Shown: positions 10,764 through 20,403, counted from the first letter of the stretch. The stretch: 64,000 nucleotides of DNA from Verrucomicrobiota bacterium (GCA_027622665.1 JAQBYT010000016.1:15203-79202), one strand, 5' to 3'. Numbers and translations are program-made. The notes: a model not told the origin generated them from the letters alone.

Positions 10764-11378
10764 TTAATAATAAGGTTTTAAAAGCAGGTAAACGATCGGT
10801 CCGGTGATCGCCACATAGAGCCAGACGGGAAAGACCTTCTTCGCCATTGTTCGATGCCTCTCGAACTGATTGGTAAACCCGGAGACGAAGGTAAGCAGTA
10901 TGAAAGGCAGGCTAATGGCCGCCAAGGCAATGTGTGAAAGCAAAATGCAGAGGTAAAGCAAACGCATGCCGCCTGCCTCTTCCCTCTCCGCATCATTCAA
11001 GGCGCCATCACCGTCAAGATCTCCGTAAATCGTCTCGGCAGTGGTGAAGTGATACGCCAGGTAGCAAAGGAGAAAGAGCAGCGAACAAGACATCGCTACG
11101 TAAATCCATCTTAGATGACTCTGCACTTTCCCGCCTTTGATGGAAAAAATCGCCATCGACAAAGCAACAGCCGCCCCCGAATTCAAAAGTGCGTGAAGAG
11201 GAGGAAGGAAGTCCAAGCTCATACCCTCGGGCAGATTAAACTTAACAAAACGCATAAGCCCTACCAAGAAAAGCACGGCAGCGGAGATGACCCACACTGC
11301 AACGGTTAACTTCTTGGCTAATGCTTGCTTCGCATCACGACCACGATAAGATTCAATTTCACTCATATTGCCTGCCAA
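10764..11378 (-). CDS. DUF420-family membrane protein (oxidase assembly-associated)
   Basis: LPPLHALLN, FLLCYLAYH, ILLSHIALA, HRTMAK, WLYVAITGPIVY; four hydrophobic segments; next to SCO and cta genes. Confidence 0.85.
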   Translation of the reverse strand: MAGNMSEIESYRGRDAKQALAKKLTVAVWVISAAVLFLVGLMRFVKFNLPEGMSLDFLPPLHALLNSGAAVALSMAIFSIKGGKVQSHLRWIYVAMSCSLLFLLCYLAYHFTTAETIYGDLDGDGALNDAEREEAGGMRLLYLCILLSHIALAAISLPFILLTFVSGFTNQFERHRTMAKKVFPVWLYVAITGPIVYLLLKPYY

Positions 11379-11396
11379 CCGAAAGGTGGTATTTTC

Positions 11397-12335
11397 TCAA
11401 ACTCCGGACTGGAGGTCAAAGGGCACGAAAATCTCTTGTTCGTCGATCCGAACTTGAGCCCACAACCGGAAGTGACCTGTGCTCGGAGGCCGAAAGCCAA
11501 AGGTAAGGGGTCCGCGATACGTTTCCTCCCCCTCGACGGGGATCAAGTTTTCCTTGGGATGGAGATGAGCGAAGCCTCGGCATTCGTCATCGAAGGCGAC
11601 GAGATGAGCAAAAGCACCCATGACCGGTTGCAACGCTACTGGCTTTCCCTTGGCATCACGTGCTTCGAAACGAAGGTACTCATCCTTGCCCACGGAAAGA
11701 CCGGAAGACTCAGGAATTAAGGAAAAGGAATATCCCGCTCGTTCGACATTAAAACTTTCGCCCCCGGCGAGTGAACCCGGTTGACCCGCGACTTCGAAAC
11801 CTGCGGAGAGAAGAACGCGACGAGGACTTCTGACTGGAATGAAATCGAAAAACACGCGATATGCACCCGCGGAAGAAGGGGTGAGCGAAAAAGTCCATAC
11901 ACCGGGAAATTGTGGATCGGGAACAGGATGCAGATGCATGTAGTCCCCAAGGGCGGGATCGATGGCAAGAAGGTGTATTTTTTTAGTATGACTCAAGGCG
12001 ACGTCATCAAAACCTAGGGGCGACCCATCGAATTGATGAATGTCGGCGCGGAAGCGGCATGGTTCTCCAATACGAAGGTCATCGAGGGCTTCCAATTTGA
12101 GGCTCAAGGGCCAAGATCGGCGAGTAAGATCCACGAAACCGGAATCACCGGGACCGCAGTAATCAAGGGCGCCCTCTGAGTTGTAGGTCTCGGCGTGCAA
12201 AAAGTCGCAGGGTTCCACCGGAATCGCCCTTATCGCCAAATAGGCGGCAAAGAAAGGGAGTGTACAAACCGCGAGGCGAATGCCCGTAACCTTGGCGGAA
12301 GTTTTCGTGGTCGAGTCGGTGGCGCTATTTTTCAT
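11397..12335 (-). CDS. Membrane-anchored His-rich putative heavy-metal (copper)-binding protein
   Basis: N-terminal TM segment; two related halves with HTKKIHL..YMHLHP and MGAFAHLV..FAHLHP; co-oriented with SCO. Confidence 0.6.
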   Translation of the reverse strand: MKNSATDSTTKTSAKVTGIRLAVCTLPFFAAYLAIRAIPVEPCDFLHAETYNSEGALDYCGPGDSGFVDLTRRSWPLSLKLEALDDLRIGEPCRFRADIHQFDGSPLGFDDVALSHTKKIHLLAIDPALGDYMHLHPVPDPQFPGVWTFSLTPSSAGAYRVFFDFIPVRSPRRVLLSAGFEVAGQPGSLAGGESFNVERAGYSFSLIPESSGLSVGKDEYLRFEARDAKGKPVALQPVMGAFAHLVAFDDECRGFAHLHPKENLIPVEGEETYRGPLTFGFRPPSTGHFRLWAQVRIDEQEIFVPFDLQSGV

Positions 12336-13275
12336 TGCTCAACCCCCCTTTCAGTCGGGCCAAAAAGTCATCCTCCGCCCAACCTTTTCCCGGCACCTGG
12401 TAGACGATTTGTCGGCGACTATTTACGACGAGTGTCCGCATGGTGTGGTCGAGAGTCGTGGGATCATCCCTTTTGCGACTAATACCGAACTGGCGGACAA
12501 GATCGTCGATCACGGACTTGGGCGCAGTGGCAAAACGAAAGTTGGATTCATCGACTCCGTAGGCAAGGGCATAAGTCTTGAGCACGCCGGGAACATCATA
12601 TTCCGGATCGAGCGTAATGGAGAGAAACTGTACATCGGGAAGATTATTGGCGAAAACGAGGTTTTGCAATCGTCTCATGCGATTGGTGGCCGCAGGACAC
12701 ATCTCTGCCATCGAGCAACGAGTAAAAATAAAGTTCAGGACGGTGCTCTTGCCATCGAAAAAGTCGGTCGTGAGCAAGTCACCGTCTTGATCGAAGAGAG
12801 CAAACGGGGGAAGATATTCACCGATGGTGCGTATGGGGTCGTCGCCGCGACTCAACGTATCCCTCCTGAGCATACGGTTTACATTGTCAAAGCGATTGCG
12901 ACAAGTAGGGTCATCGGGCCAAATGCTCGATAAGCTCAAGGTCCGGTTAACCGGATCAGATCCCGGGACTTTCTCAACCGTTGCCCGAAACACCTTGCCG
13001 GGAGACAGGTGACCAAAATCACCGGGCTCCACTTGAAATTCAATGGATTTTCCGAGATCGAGTTCGGGAAAACCAAGCACTTTGCGACCAATCGTTTGCG
13101 GAATAGCAGTAATGCGACTGGCATTTCGGTCTATGGACAAAACTTCAGCACGAATCTCGTTAAAGCCAACGGATGATACGGTTGCTATTCTATCCTCATC
13201 CCCACACGCAGCAAAGAAAAGCAAGGAAAGGCTATAGCAAAACGGAATAAGCCGAGATATTGAGAATGGAAACAT
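12325..13275 (-). CDS. SCO-family copper chaperone lipoprotein with N-terminal extra domain
   Basis: Lipobox LFFAAC; FIFTRCSMAEMCP, SITLDPEYD, LDHTMRT; start taken at ATG 13275 (ORF track starts at 13416). Confidence 0.85.
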   Translation of the reverse strand: MFPFSISRLIPFCYSLSLLFFAACGDEDRIATVSSVGFNEIRAEVLSIDRNASRITAIPQTIGRKVLGFPELDLGKSIEFQVEPGDFGHLSPGKVFRATVEKVPGSDPVNRTLSLSSIWPDDPTCRNRFDNVNRMLRRDTLSRGDDPIRTIGEYLPPFALFDQDGDLLTTDFFDGKSTVLNFIFTRCSMAEMCPAATNRMRRLQNLVFANNLPDVQFLSITLDPEYDVPGVLKTYALAYGVDESNFRFATAPKSVIDDLVRQFGISRKRDDPTTLDHTMRTLVVNSRRQIVYQVPGKGWAEDDFLARLKGGLSNEK

Positions 13276-13696
13276 GAATAAGTCGTTAAACATGAATAAG
13301 TCGTTAAAAAAGACAATAGTAATGGACTTGCGAAAGATCAATATGTCATTAGTAATACTGTTTGTCCAAAACGAAATCACATTAGAATTCCTTAAGTGGG
13401 GAAAAAAGGAAACCAAATCAAATACATGAGTACCAACTCCCTCATGGCATGGGGCACCTTTTATGCAGTCTGGCTACCGATCGCCCAAACGCTTGCCGTT
13501 CATTGTTGCTCCGGCACTCGCCCAGATTCTCGTATGTTTCGCACATCACACGTCACAACGATGCAAAAAATTCGAATGTGAGCTAAGCTGAATCGAGTCA
13601 TTAGAGATCCTTTCAACACCAGAACCCCGCGCAATGACCTTGCCACATTCTAGAAAAATGATGTTTTAAAATAACCCTAAAGTAAATTTTACAGGA

Positions 13697-14635
13697 ATGA
13701 ATTTCAACGGATCCAAGGAATATGCAGCGAAAGCTGATGTTGCATCGTTTGAGGGAACGGCACGACTCAACTGCTCGGCCCTTTTCGAACTCACAAAGCC
13801 CAGACTGAGTATGCTCACAGTCTTTACGGCTGCACTTGGTTACCTGGCCCACTACCCGCTCAACAAGGAAGCCCTTACATTTTGGTCATTGATGCTTGGA
13901 ACTTCCTTGGCGGCAGGAGGGGCTGCCGCTCTCAATCAATGGATGGAACGCCTCGAGGATGCCCGAATGCCTCGGACAGCAGGACGCCCCCTCCCCTCCC
14001 GTTTAATTGAACCCGAAACTGCCTTAGCCTTCGGACTGGGCATATCCGCCATCGGCGTGCTCATACTCTGGTTCGGAACTAATGCTTGGGCGACGGGACT
14101 CACATTGGGCACTTTGCTGACGTACCTTCTGATTTACACTCCGCTCAAGAAAAAGACCGTTTACGCCACCGAGATCGGGGCAATCGCCGGAGCCTTGCCA
14201 CCACTCATCGGGTGGGTGGCGGCGGCTGGTCAACCCACCACTTTCGGTTGGGTACTCTTCGGCATCCTGTTTGCTTGGCAGCTCCCTCACTTCATGGCCA
14301 TAGCATGGACATATCGTGAAGATTATCGCCGAGGTGGATTCGTGATGCCTTCGCATGCCGGCGACGGCGGCGAAAGTTCCGCCCGCAAGAGCTTACTTTA
14401 CGCGATACTCCTCACTGGTTTAGTGCTTGCACCCTTCTTCGCTCCCTTGGGCCAACCTCAACCCGGATGGTTCTATCTCTTGAGCGCCACACCTCTCAGT
14501 GTCTACATTCTGTGGGCATCGGCGAAATTCTTATGGAGCAAGAATCGCGATCTAGCGGCCCGCAAGCTGTTCTACGCAACCATCATTTATTTACCTATCC
14601 TGTTTGTGGCCTTGGTGGTCGACCGTTACCTATAG
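13697..14635 (+). CDS. ctaB: Protoheme IX farnesyltransferase (heme O synthase)
   Basis: ELTKPR, LNQWMERLEDARMPRTAGRPLPS, YTPLKK, GALPPLIGW, WQLPHF. Confidence 0.95.
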   Translation: MNFNGSKEYAAKADVASFEGTARLNCSALFELTKPRLSMLTVFTAALGYLAHYPLNKEALTFWSLMLGTSLAAGGAAALNQWMERLEDARMPRTAGRPLPSRLIEPETALAFGLGISAIGVLILWFGTNAWATGLTLGTLLTYLLIYTPLKKKTVYATEIGAIAGALPPLIGWVAAAGQPTTFGWVLFGILFAWQLPHFMAIAWTYREDYRRGGFVMPSHAGDGGESSARKSLLYAILLTGLVLAPFFAPLGQPQPGWFYLLSATPLSVYILWASAKFLWSKNRDLAARKLFYATIIYLPILFVALVVDRYL

Positions 14636-14666
14636 GACCTAGCAACGTTTACAGCCAAAACAAGCG

Positions 14667-16088
14667 ATGATACGAATCTTGCGTCTAGCTCTCAATCTTC
14701 CGGCATTGCTCGGTCTCATGGTTCTGCCTTGCTTCTTGGGCAGTTGTTCACGCATCGACCACAAGCAATCCACCTTGGATCCAAAGGGCATCGTGGCTCA
14801 AAACATGTATGACCTGTTCATGCTATCCATCTGGATCACCATCTTCCTCTTTTGCGCCGTTGGCGGGTGCCTACTCTTCGTGCTATGGAAATATCGTGCA
14901 AAGGACGAGGAAGACGCCAAGGAAATCCCACCGCAGACCCATGGAAACCCGAAGATTGAGACTACTTTAATTCTAGTATCTTCGGTAATCTTGTTGATCC
15001 TTGCCATCCCAACGCTTCAAGGCGTAGTTCTTTTTAACCGTGTGCCCGACCCGAACGACGCGGAAATGCTAAAGAAACTCAAACTGGAACGCTCCACGGT
15101 CGAGGACGCAATCACCGTCAACGTTACGGGAAAGAGATTCTTCTGGGTTTTCGAATATCCCGAATACGGTATAGTAACCGCCAACGAACTGGTCTTTCCA
15201 GCTAGCAAGGCCGTACGTCTCAACCTTCGCACAGAGGACGTAATCCACAGTTTTTGGCTTCCGAAACTCGCGGGCAAAATGGACCTTATACCGGGACAAG
15301 AAAATTTCATCTGGTTCGTAGCCGATCAGGAAAAACTTTTATTTCAAACGGACAAAGAGGGACTCAAGACTCCGGCAACCATCGCAGAAGCAATGCCCGC
15401 CGTGCATGACGGTTCACTGAGAGAAGCTTTGTTCAAGGATCGTTCGTTCACCGACGAGTTCGACCCCGTGGGCGGTTTGTTTTACGGGCAATGCGCCGAG
15501 TTCTGCGGCAATTCACACGCCTACATGCAATTTCGGGCCATGGCACAGACTGATGCAGACTTCGACGAATGGGTGGCACGGTTTCAGGATGCCCAAAACC
15601 CGACAAAACAACCTCAGCCCTATAATCCCGAAAAGGAATACGCGACCGGAGACGTCGTTCTGATCGCTGACCCCGAACTGGGTGAAGGAGCGCTCCGTGA
15701 ATGGGTGGCAACGGGAGACGTAGAGAAAGGTCAAGCACCGGATATAGCTAAAGATTCATGGGGCAAAAGACATGACGACGACTACGAACACGGTAAGCAA
15801 CTATTCACGGTCAGTCAGTGTAGCCAGTGTCACGCCGTCAACCGCACGGGACTTGGCGAAAAAGGCCCGAACCTCACCCTCTTCGGGTTACGCACCTCAC
15901 TTGCCGCAGGCTGGATGCGCAACGATGAAGAAAGCCTCGCCAAGTGGCTAAAGAATTCCAACGAAATTAAATTCGGAAACTTGATGTGGAACGGAGAGGG
16001 CGTAAATGACGCTCACCCTGTCCGTAATCTACATAAGGACGAGAAGAAGGTGGATCAGCTAATTGCCTTCCTGCTCGGCCAAAGCTAA
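14667..16088 (+). CDS. ctaC: Cytochrome c oxidase subunit II with fused C-terminal cytochrome c (caa3 type) and insertions
   Basis: Lipobox (FLGSC), two TM helices, DVIHSFW, CuA motif CAEFCGNSHAYM, heme c motif CSQCH, GPNLT. Confidence 0.93.
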   Translation: MIRILRLALNLPALLGLMVLPCFLGSCSRIDHKQSTLDPKGIVAQNMYDLFMLSIWITIFLFCAVGGCLLFVLWKYRAKDEEDAKEIPPQTHGNPKIETTLILVSSVILLILAIPTLQGVVLFNRVPDPNDAEMLKKLKLERSTVEDAITVNVTGKRFFWVFEYPEYGIVTANELVFPASKAVRLNLRTEDVIHSFWLPKLAGKMDLIPGQENFIWFVADQEKLLFQTDKEGLKTPATIAEAMPAVHDGSLREALFKDRSFTDEFDPVGGLFYGQCAEFCGNSHAYMQFRAMAQTDADFDEWVARFQDAQNPTKQPQPYNPEKEYATGDVVLIADPELGEGALREWVATGDVEKGQAPDIAKDSWGKRHDDDYEHGKQLFTVSQCSQCHAVNRTGLGEKGPNLTLFGLRTSLAAGWMRNDEESLAKWLKNSNEIKFGNLMWNGEGVNDAHPVRNLHKDEKKVDQLIAFLLGQS

Positions 16089-16124
16089 AACGATAAAAGA
16101 AAACCTCCAGCACCTGCGATCACC

Positions 16125-18068
16125 ATGGCTACCGAATCCGTAAAGTACGTTGCCCCGGAAACGAAAACGAAGACTCTTCTGGATGTCTTCCGTCGCCCTG
16201 ACCAACACGTCACGGGCATCCGCGACTGGCTCACCACCATCGACCACAAGAAGATCGGTCTCCTGTACGGTTCGGTCGCCCTCTGCTCCCTGATCTTCGG
16301 AGGCATGCAAGCCTTGCTTATCCGCTCGCAGTTGTGGGCACCGAACCAAGAGTTGCTCACTCCTCGGGAATACAACCAACTGTTCACGATGCACGGAACC
16401 ATAATGGTGTTCCTCGTGATCATGCCCCTGAGTGCCGCCTTCTTTAATTTCGTAATGCCTTTACAGATTGGCGCCCGGGACGTTGCCTTTCCCAGACTAA
16501 ATGCACTCAGCTTATGGTGCTTTGTCGCAGGTGCGATCATCCTGAACTTGAGCTGGTTCTTCACTGGCGGGGCCCCTGCTATTGGTTGGTTTGCCTATTC
16601 TCCGCTCACGGACGTACGCTTCGAGGAAGTTGCTCGGGACATGGGGCCGGACTTCTGGGTATTCGGCATTCAAATCCTTGGTTTGGCTTCGCTCTTGGCC
16701 TCCTTTAATTTCATCGCCACCTTAGTTAACATGAGGGCTCCGGGCATGACTATGATGAGGATGCCTGTGTTTTGCTGGATGACTCTTGTTGTGAGTTTTC
16801 TCATTATTCTCGCCTTTCCCGCCATCACTATCGCTCTGGTAGAGTTGATGTTCGACCGAAACTACGATACTAATTTCTACGATTTTCTGGAAGGAGGGAA
16901 ACCCCACCTCTGGCAGCACCTTTTCTGGATTTTCGGGCATCCTGAAGTGTACATCTTGATATTGCCCGCTATGGGCATCGTTTCAGAAGTAGTCCCCACC
17001 TTTTCTCGCAAGCCACTTTTCGGCTACGGGCTGGTGGTGTTCTCGGGGGCAATCATCGGCTTCATGGGTTTCGCCGTATGGAGTCACCACATGTTCACTA
17101 CCGGTATGGGAATCGTGGCCACCTCCGCTTTCTCCATGCTGACGATGTTGATAGCCATTCCCACGGGAGTTAAGATTTTCAACTGGATTGGCACCATGTG
17201 GGGAGGCAAGATACGCTTCGACACGCCTATGTTGTTCGCCCTCGGCTTCATCACGATGTTCATGGTCGGGGGTTTCACTGGCATCATGCACTCCTCCGTG
17301 CCTGTAGACATGCAGCAACAAGACACCTACTTCGTGGTTGCACACTTCCACTATGTTTTAATCGGCGGTGCTCTCTTCGGTCTATTTTGCGGTTTCTACT
17401 TCTGGTTGCCCAAGATAACGGGACGCATGTTAAACGAAAAAATGGGGAAGGTTGTCTTCACCCTAATGTTCATCGGTTTCAACACAACTTTCTTCCCCAT
17501 GCATTACCTTGGGATGATAGGACAACCTCGTCGTACCCATTCATACAATGCGGGACATGGCTTCGAGATGTGGAACCAGATTGCGACTGTCGGGGCATTC
17601 ATTCTTGGAATAGGAATTTTACTGGGAGTCATTCAATTCATGAGATCGTTTAGAGACAAGAGCCTCAAGCCGGCGGGCAAAAACCCTTGGGATGCCCGAA
17701 GCCTGGAGTGGACTCTTTCTTCCCCGGTGAAGGAATACAACTTCGCTCGTACTCCAATTATCAAAGCCCGTGACCAAGCTTGGGAAAACAACTATGGTCC
17801 GCGCGACCTGCACTCGGAGAAGGAACCCCTCGACCACCATGGGGTTCACATGCCGGACCACTCATGGTATCCCCTGTTCACCGCCATAGGTTTTCTAGTA
17901 CTCGTCATCGGCATGCTCTTTCATTCAAGCCTAGGGACGGACGGCGAAATAATACGCAACTACACCGTTGCGATAATTGGTGGTATCATCGCCATAACGA
18001 GCATGATCATGTGGTCACTCGAGGGACCCGGTGGCTACCATCTTTTTCCCGAGGAAGATGAGGAATAA
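16125..18068 (+). CDS. ctaD: Cytochrome c oxidase subunit I (type A1)
   Basis: DHKKIG, TMHG, RDVAFPRLN, WIFGHPEVY, WSHHMF, PTGVKIFNW, VVAHFHY; two extra C-terminal TM segments as in caa3 enzymes. Confidence 0.97.
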   Translation: MATESVKYVAPETKTKTLLDVFRRPDQHVTGIRDWLTTIDHKKIGLLYGSVALCSLIFGGMQALLIRSQLWAPNQELLTPREYNQLFTMHGTIMVFLVIMPLSAAFFNFVMPLQIGARDVAFPRLNALSLWCFVAGAIILNLSWFFTGGAPAIGWFAYSPLTDVRFEEVARDMGPDFWVFGIQILGLASLLASFNFIATLVNMRAPGMTMMRMPVFCWMTLVVSFLIILAFPAITIALVELMFDRNYDTNFYDFLEGGKPHLWQHLFWIFGHPEVYILILPAMGIVSEVVPTFSRKPLFGYGLVVFSGAIIGFMGFAVWSHHMFTTGMGIVATSAFSMLTMLIAIPTGVKIFNWIGTMWGGKIRFDTPMLFALGFITMFMVGGFTGIMHSSVPVDMQQQDTYFVVAHFHYVLIGGALFGLFCGFYFWLPKITGRMLNEKMGKVVFTLMFIGFNTTFFPMHYLGMIGQPRRTHSYNAGHGFEMWNQIATVGAFILGIGILLGVIQFMRSFRDKSLKPAGKNPWDARSLEWTLSSPVKEYNFARTPIIKARDQAWENNYGPRDLHSEKEPLDHHGVHMPDHSWYPLFTAIGFLVLVIGMLFHSSLGTDGEIIRNYTVAIIGGIIAITSMIMWSLEGPGGYHLFPEEDEE

Positions 18069-18131
18069 ACACCAGTAATCAATCATCTCTCAACTAACCT
18101 ATATTTAGATTTCCTTACCCGACCTAAGACC

Positions 18132-18782
18132 ATGAGCGAAGCATCCGCAGCGCACGCCGGCGAACATCACGAACCCTACACCAGCACGGGCATACCGACC
18201 AAGAAAGTGCTCATGTGGGCCTTTCTCGGATCGGACTGCATGTTTTTCGGCACCCTTATTTCCACGCACTTGATCTATCGCAAGATCTCTGCCACCGTCG
18301 GAACCAACTACCTCGACATTCGCGATATCTTCGACATTGAGCTAACTTCCTTCAGTACGTTTATCCTGCTGGCTAGCTCTTTGTTCATGGCACTAGCCGT
18401 TTCCGCCATCCACAAAGGCAACCTCAAGAGCACCCGTTGGATGCTGTTGGGAACAATTATATTCGGCGGAATTTTCCTCGCATGCCAAGTATATGAATTT
18501 ACTCACTTCGCCTATGCTCCCGGAAACGAATTGACCCTCTCCAGCTACCGAGGCGCCCCTCATGTCTTCGGATCCACCTTCTTTGTTTTGACCGGAACCC
18601 ACGGCACCCACGTCGCCATAGGTGTTTTCTGGTTGCTGGGATGGCTTGCGTACTCTTTCACCGGAAAGATGAGTACCGCCGACGCAATGGACATCGAATG
18701 CTGCGGTCTCTACTGGCACTTCGTCGATATCGTATGGATCATCATTTTCCCAGTAGTCTATCTTATGGAATACGCCTTATAG
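18132..18782 (+). CDS. ctaE: Cytochrome c oxidase subunit III
   Basis: MWAFLGSDCMFF, ILLASS, FFVLTGTHGTHV, LYWHFVDIVW. Confidence 0.94.
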   Translation: MSEASAAHAGEHHEPYTSTGIPTKKVLMWAFLGSDCMFFGTLISTHLIYRKISATVGTNYLDIRDIFDIELTSFSTFILLASSLFMALAVSAIHKGNLKSTRWMLLGTIIFGGIFLACQVYEFTHFAYAPGNELTLSSYRGAPHVFGSTFFVLTGTHGTHVAIGVFWLLGWLAYSFTGKMSTADAMDIECCGLYWHFVDIVWIIIFPVVYLMEYAL

Positions 18783-18825
18783 CGGACTGCCCAAAAATTA
18801 ATTTCCTTAAGCGGAGTAAAACATC

Positions 18826-19518
18826 ATGAGCGGACACGGAGAAGACCCAGTCGAAGAGGAAAGCAAACGCTTCTTCACCTTTTTCAATCTTTCCATGGCT
18901 CTTGTAGCCATAACGGGCATCGAGATTGTCATAATCTACGTTCAAGCCTTCGAGAGCACCACGATAATCGGCGTCCTCTTCACCACCTCCATCGTTAAGT
19001 TCTTTGGCGTTGTCTATTGGTTCATGCACTTAAAATGGGACAAGGTGCTGAACACCGTGCTCTTTCTTATGGGTTTGGTAATCGCACTCGGCACCTATTT
19101 TGCGGTCGTTAACATGGCTGACGACACGCCAATTATCGATAGCTTCAAAGTCACAGCAGTAGAAAATATTTGGAAAGCCAAAACCCACTACGAGGCCGGA
19201 GCCTATTTGAAACACGAGGACGCTTACTACAAGGCAGGTGCCGCCCACACCTCGGAAGAGGTTTTTGACGCGGATAAGTGGGGAAGGGTCGAGGGCGTTC
19301 CTCATCACATAAGCTGGAAGATAGAAAAAGCAGACACGATCGAAATCAACTCCAAGACTCCCGATAATCCATTTTACCACCGACACCAACCGGAGGAATC
19401 CGACAATGTGGAAGGTTCGATCATCGGTATACTCGCTAAAGTTTCGACTAAGGCAGATTTCCGCATCAAGGCTCGATCCGAAGCGAATTGGAGTGAGCAA
19501 GTCAAAGAGGAAGAGTGA
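18826..19518 (+). CDS. ctaF: Cytochrome c oxidase subunit IV with ~130-aa soluble C-terminal extension
   Basis: Three TM helices with ITGIEI and KFFGVVYWFMHLKWD (subunit IV motif), followed by a hydrophilic extension. Confidence 0.85.
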   Translation: MSGHGEDPVEEESKRFFTFFNLSMALVAITGIEIVIIYVQAFESTTIIGVLFTTSIVKFFGVVYWFMHLKWDKVLNTVLFLMGLVIALGTYFAVVNMADDTPIIDSFKVTAVENIWKAKTHYEAGAYLKHEDAYYKAGAAHTSEEVFDADKWGRVEGVPHHISWKIEKADTIEINSKTPDNPFYHRHQPEESDNVEGSIIGILAKVSTKADFRIKARSEANWSEQVKEEE

Positions 19519-19614
19519 ACGACAGGCTGAACCCTGCCAAAACCTCCACTCCGGCAAGTCAGCTCATAGACGCTCATTAGCCTTACGGGTTCTCCCAAGG
19601 GAGAGGTTCCCCAC

Positions 19615-20403
19615 ATGCTAAATTCCTCTCCTGTAACTCTTCTGCATTGGCACACCGAACCCGCCTTGGTGGGTGGTCTGCTGTTCACCGCATGGTGCTA
19701 TGCTTTAATCGTAGGACCTTTCAGGGAACAAATTGCCCCCGGTATGCCTTTCCCCAAGAAGCAGGCATGGTGGTTTGCCTCCGGAATCATCAGTTTCTAT
19801 TTGGCGGTGGGTTCTCCGCTGGATCCCTTGGGCGAAAACTATCTCTTTTTCGCCCACATGATCCAGCACAACATCCTGATGTACGTAAGTCCCCTCTTCT
19901 TGCTCTTTGGCATACCTGGGCAATTATGGGACGAGCTGTTTATAAGGCGACCCGATATCAAAGCCCTTTGCCGCCTATTGTTTAATCCCATCGTAGCGGG
20001 TTTAGGCTTTACGCTCGTCTTTTCCTTTTGGCATTTCGGGACTTTCTATGAAGCCGCCATCCGGAACAAAACACTCCATATGGCGGAACACTTGTCGATG
20101 TTCCTTACCTCATTCGCCATGTGGTGGCCTATCGCCAGTTCATCCAAGCAACTTCCACCGATCCGGTATGGTCCACAGATGCTTTTCATTCTGGCGCTGA
20201 TGCTCGGACAAACCCCCATATTCGCGACACTCACCTTCTCCCAGGAAGTTCTTTACGATACCTATTTTTATGCCGAGCGCATCATCGACATAACTCCGCT
20301 CGAAGATCAGAGATCGGGTGGCGTTGTGATGAAGATTGCAAACTTGATCGTCTCCGTGAGCGTTTTGGGATCTATTTTTTACCGATGGTCAAAAGAGCGC
20401 TAA
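19615..20403 (+). CDS. ctaG: caa3-type cytochrome c oxidase assembly factor CtaG
   Basis: SPLDPLGENYLFFAHMIQH, FWHFGTFYEAA, HMAEH, PLEDQRSGGVVMK. Confidence 0.88.
   Translation: MLNSSPVTLLHWHTEPALVGGLLFTAWCYALIVGPFREQIAPGMPFPKKQAWWFASGIISFYLAVGSPLDPLGENYLFFAHMIQHNILMYVSPLFLLFGIPGQLWDELFIRRPDIKALCRLLFNPIVAGLGFTLVFSFWHFGTFYEAAIRNKTLHMAEHLSMFLTSFAMWWPIASSSKQLPPIRYGPQMLFILALMLGQTPIFATLTFSQEVLYDTYFYAERIIDITPLEDQRSGGVVMKIANLIVSVSVLGSIFYRWSKER

Noticed and set aside
13451..13467. Sigma-54-like GG-N10-GC site (GGGCACCTTTTATGCA) upstream of ctaB
   Set aside because: Imperfect match about 230 bp from the start; could arise by chance.
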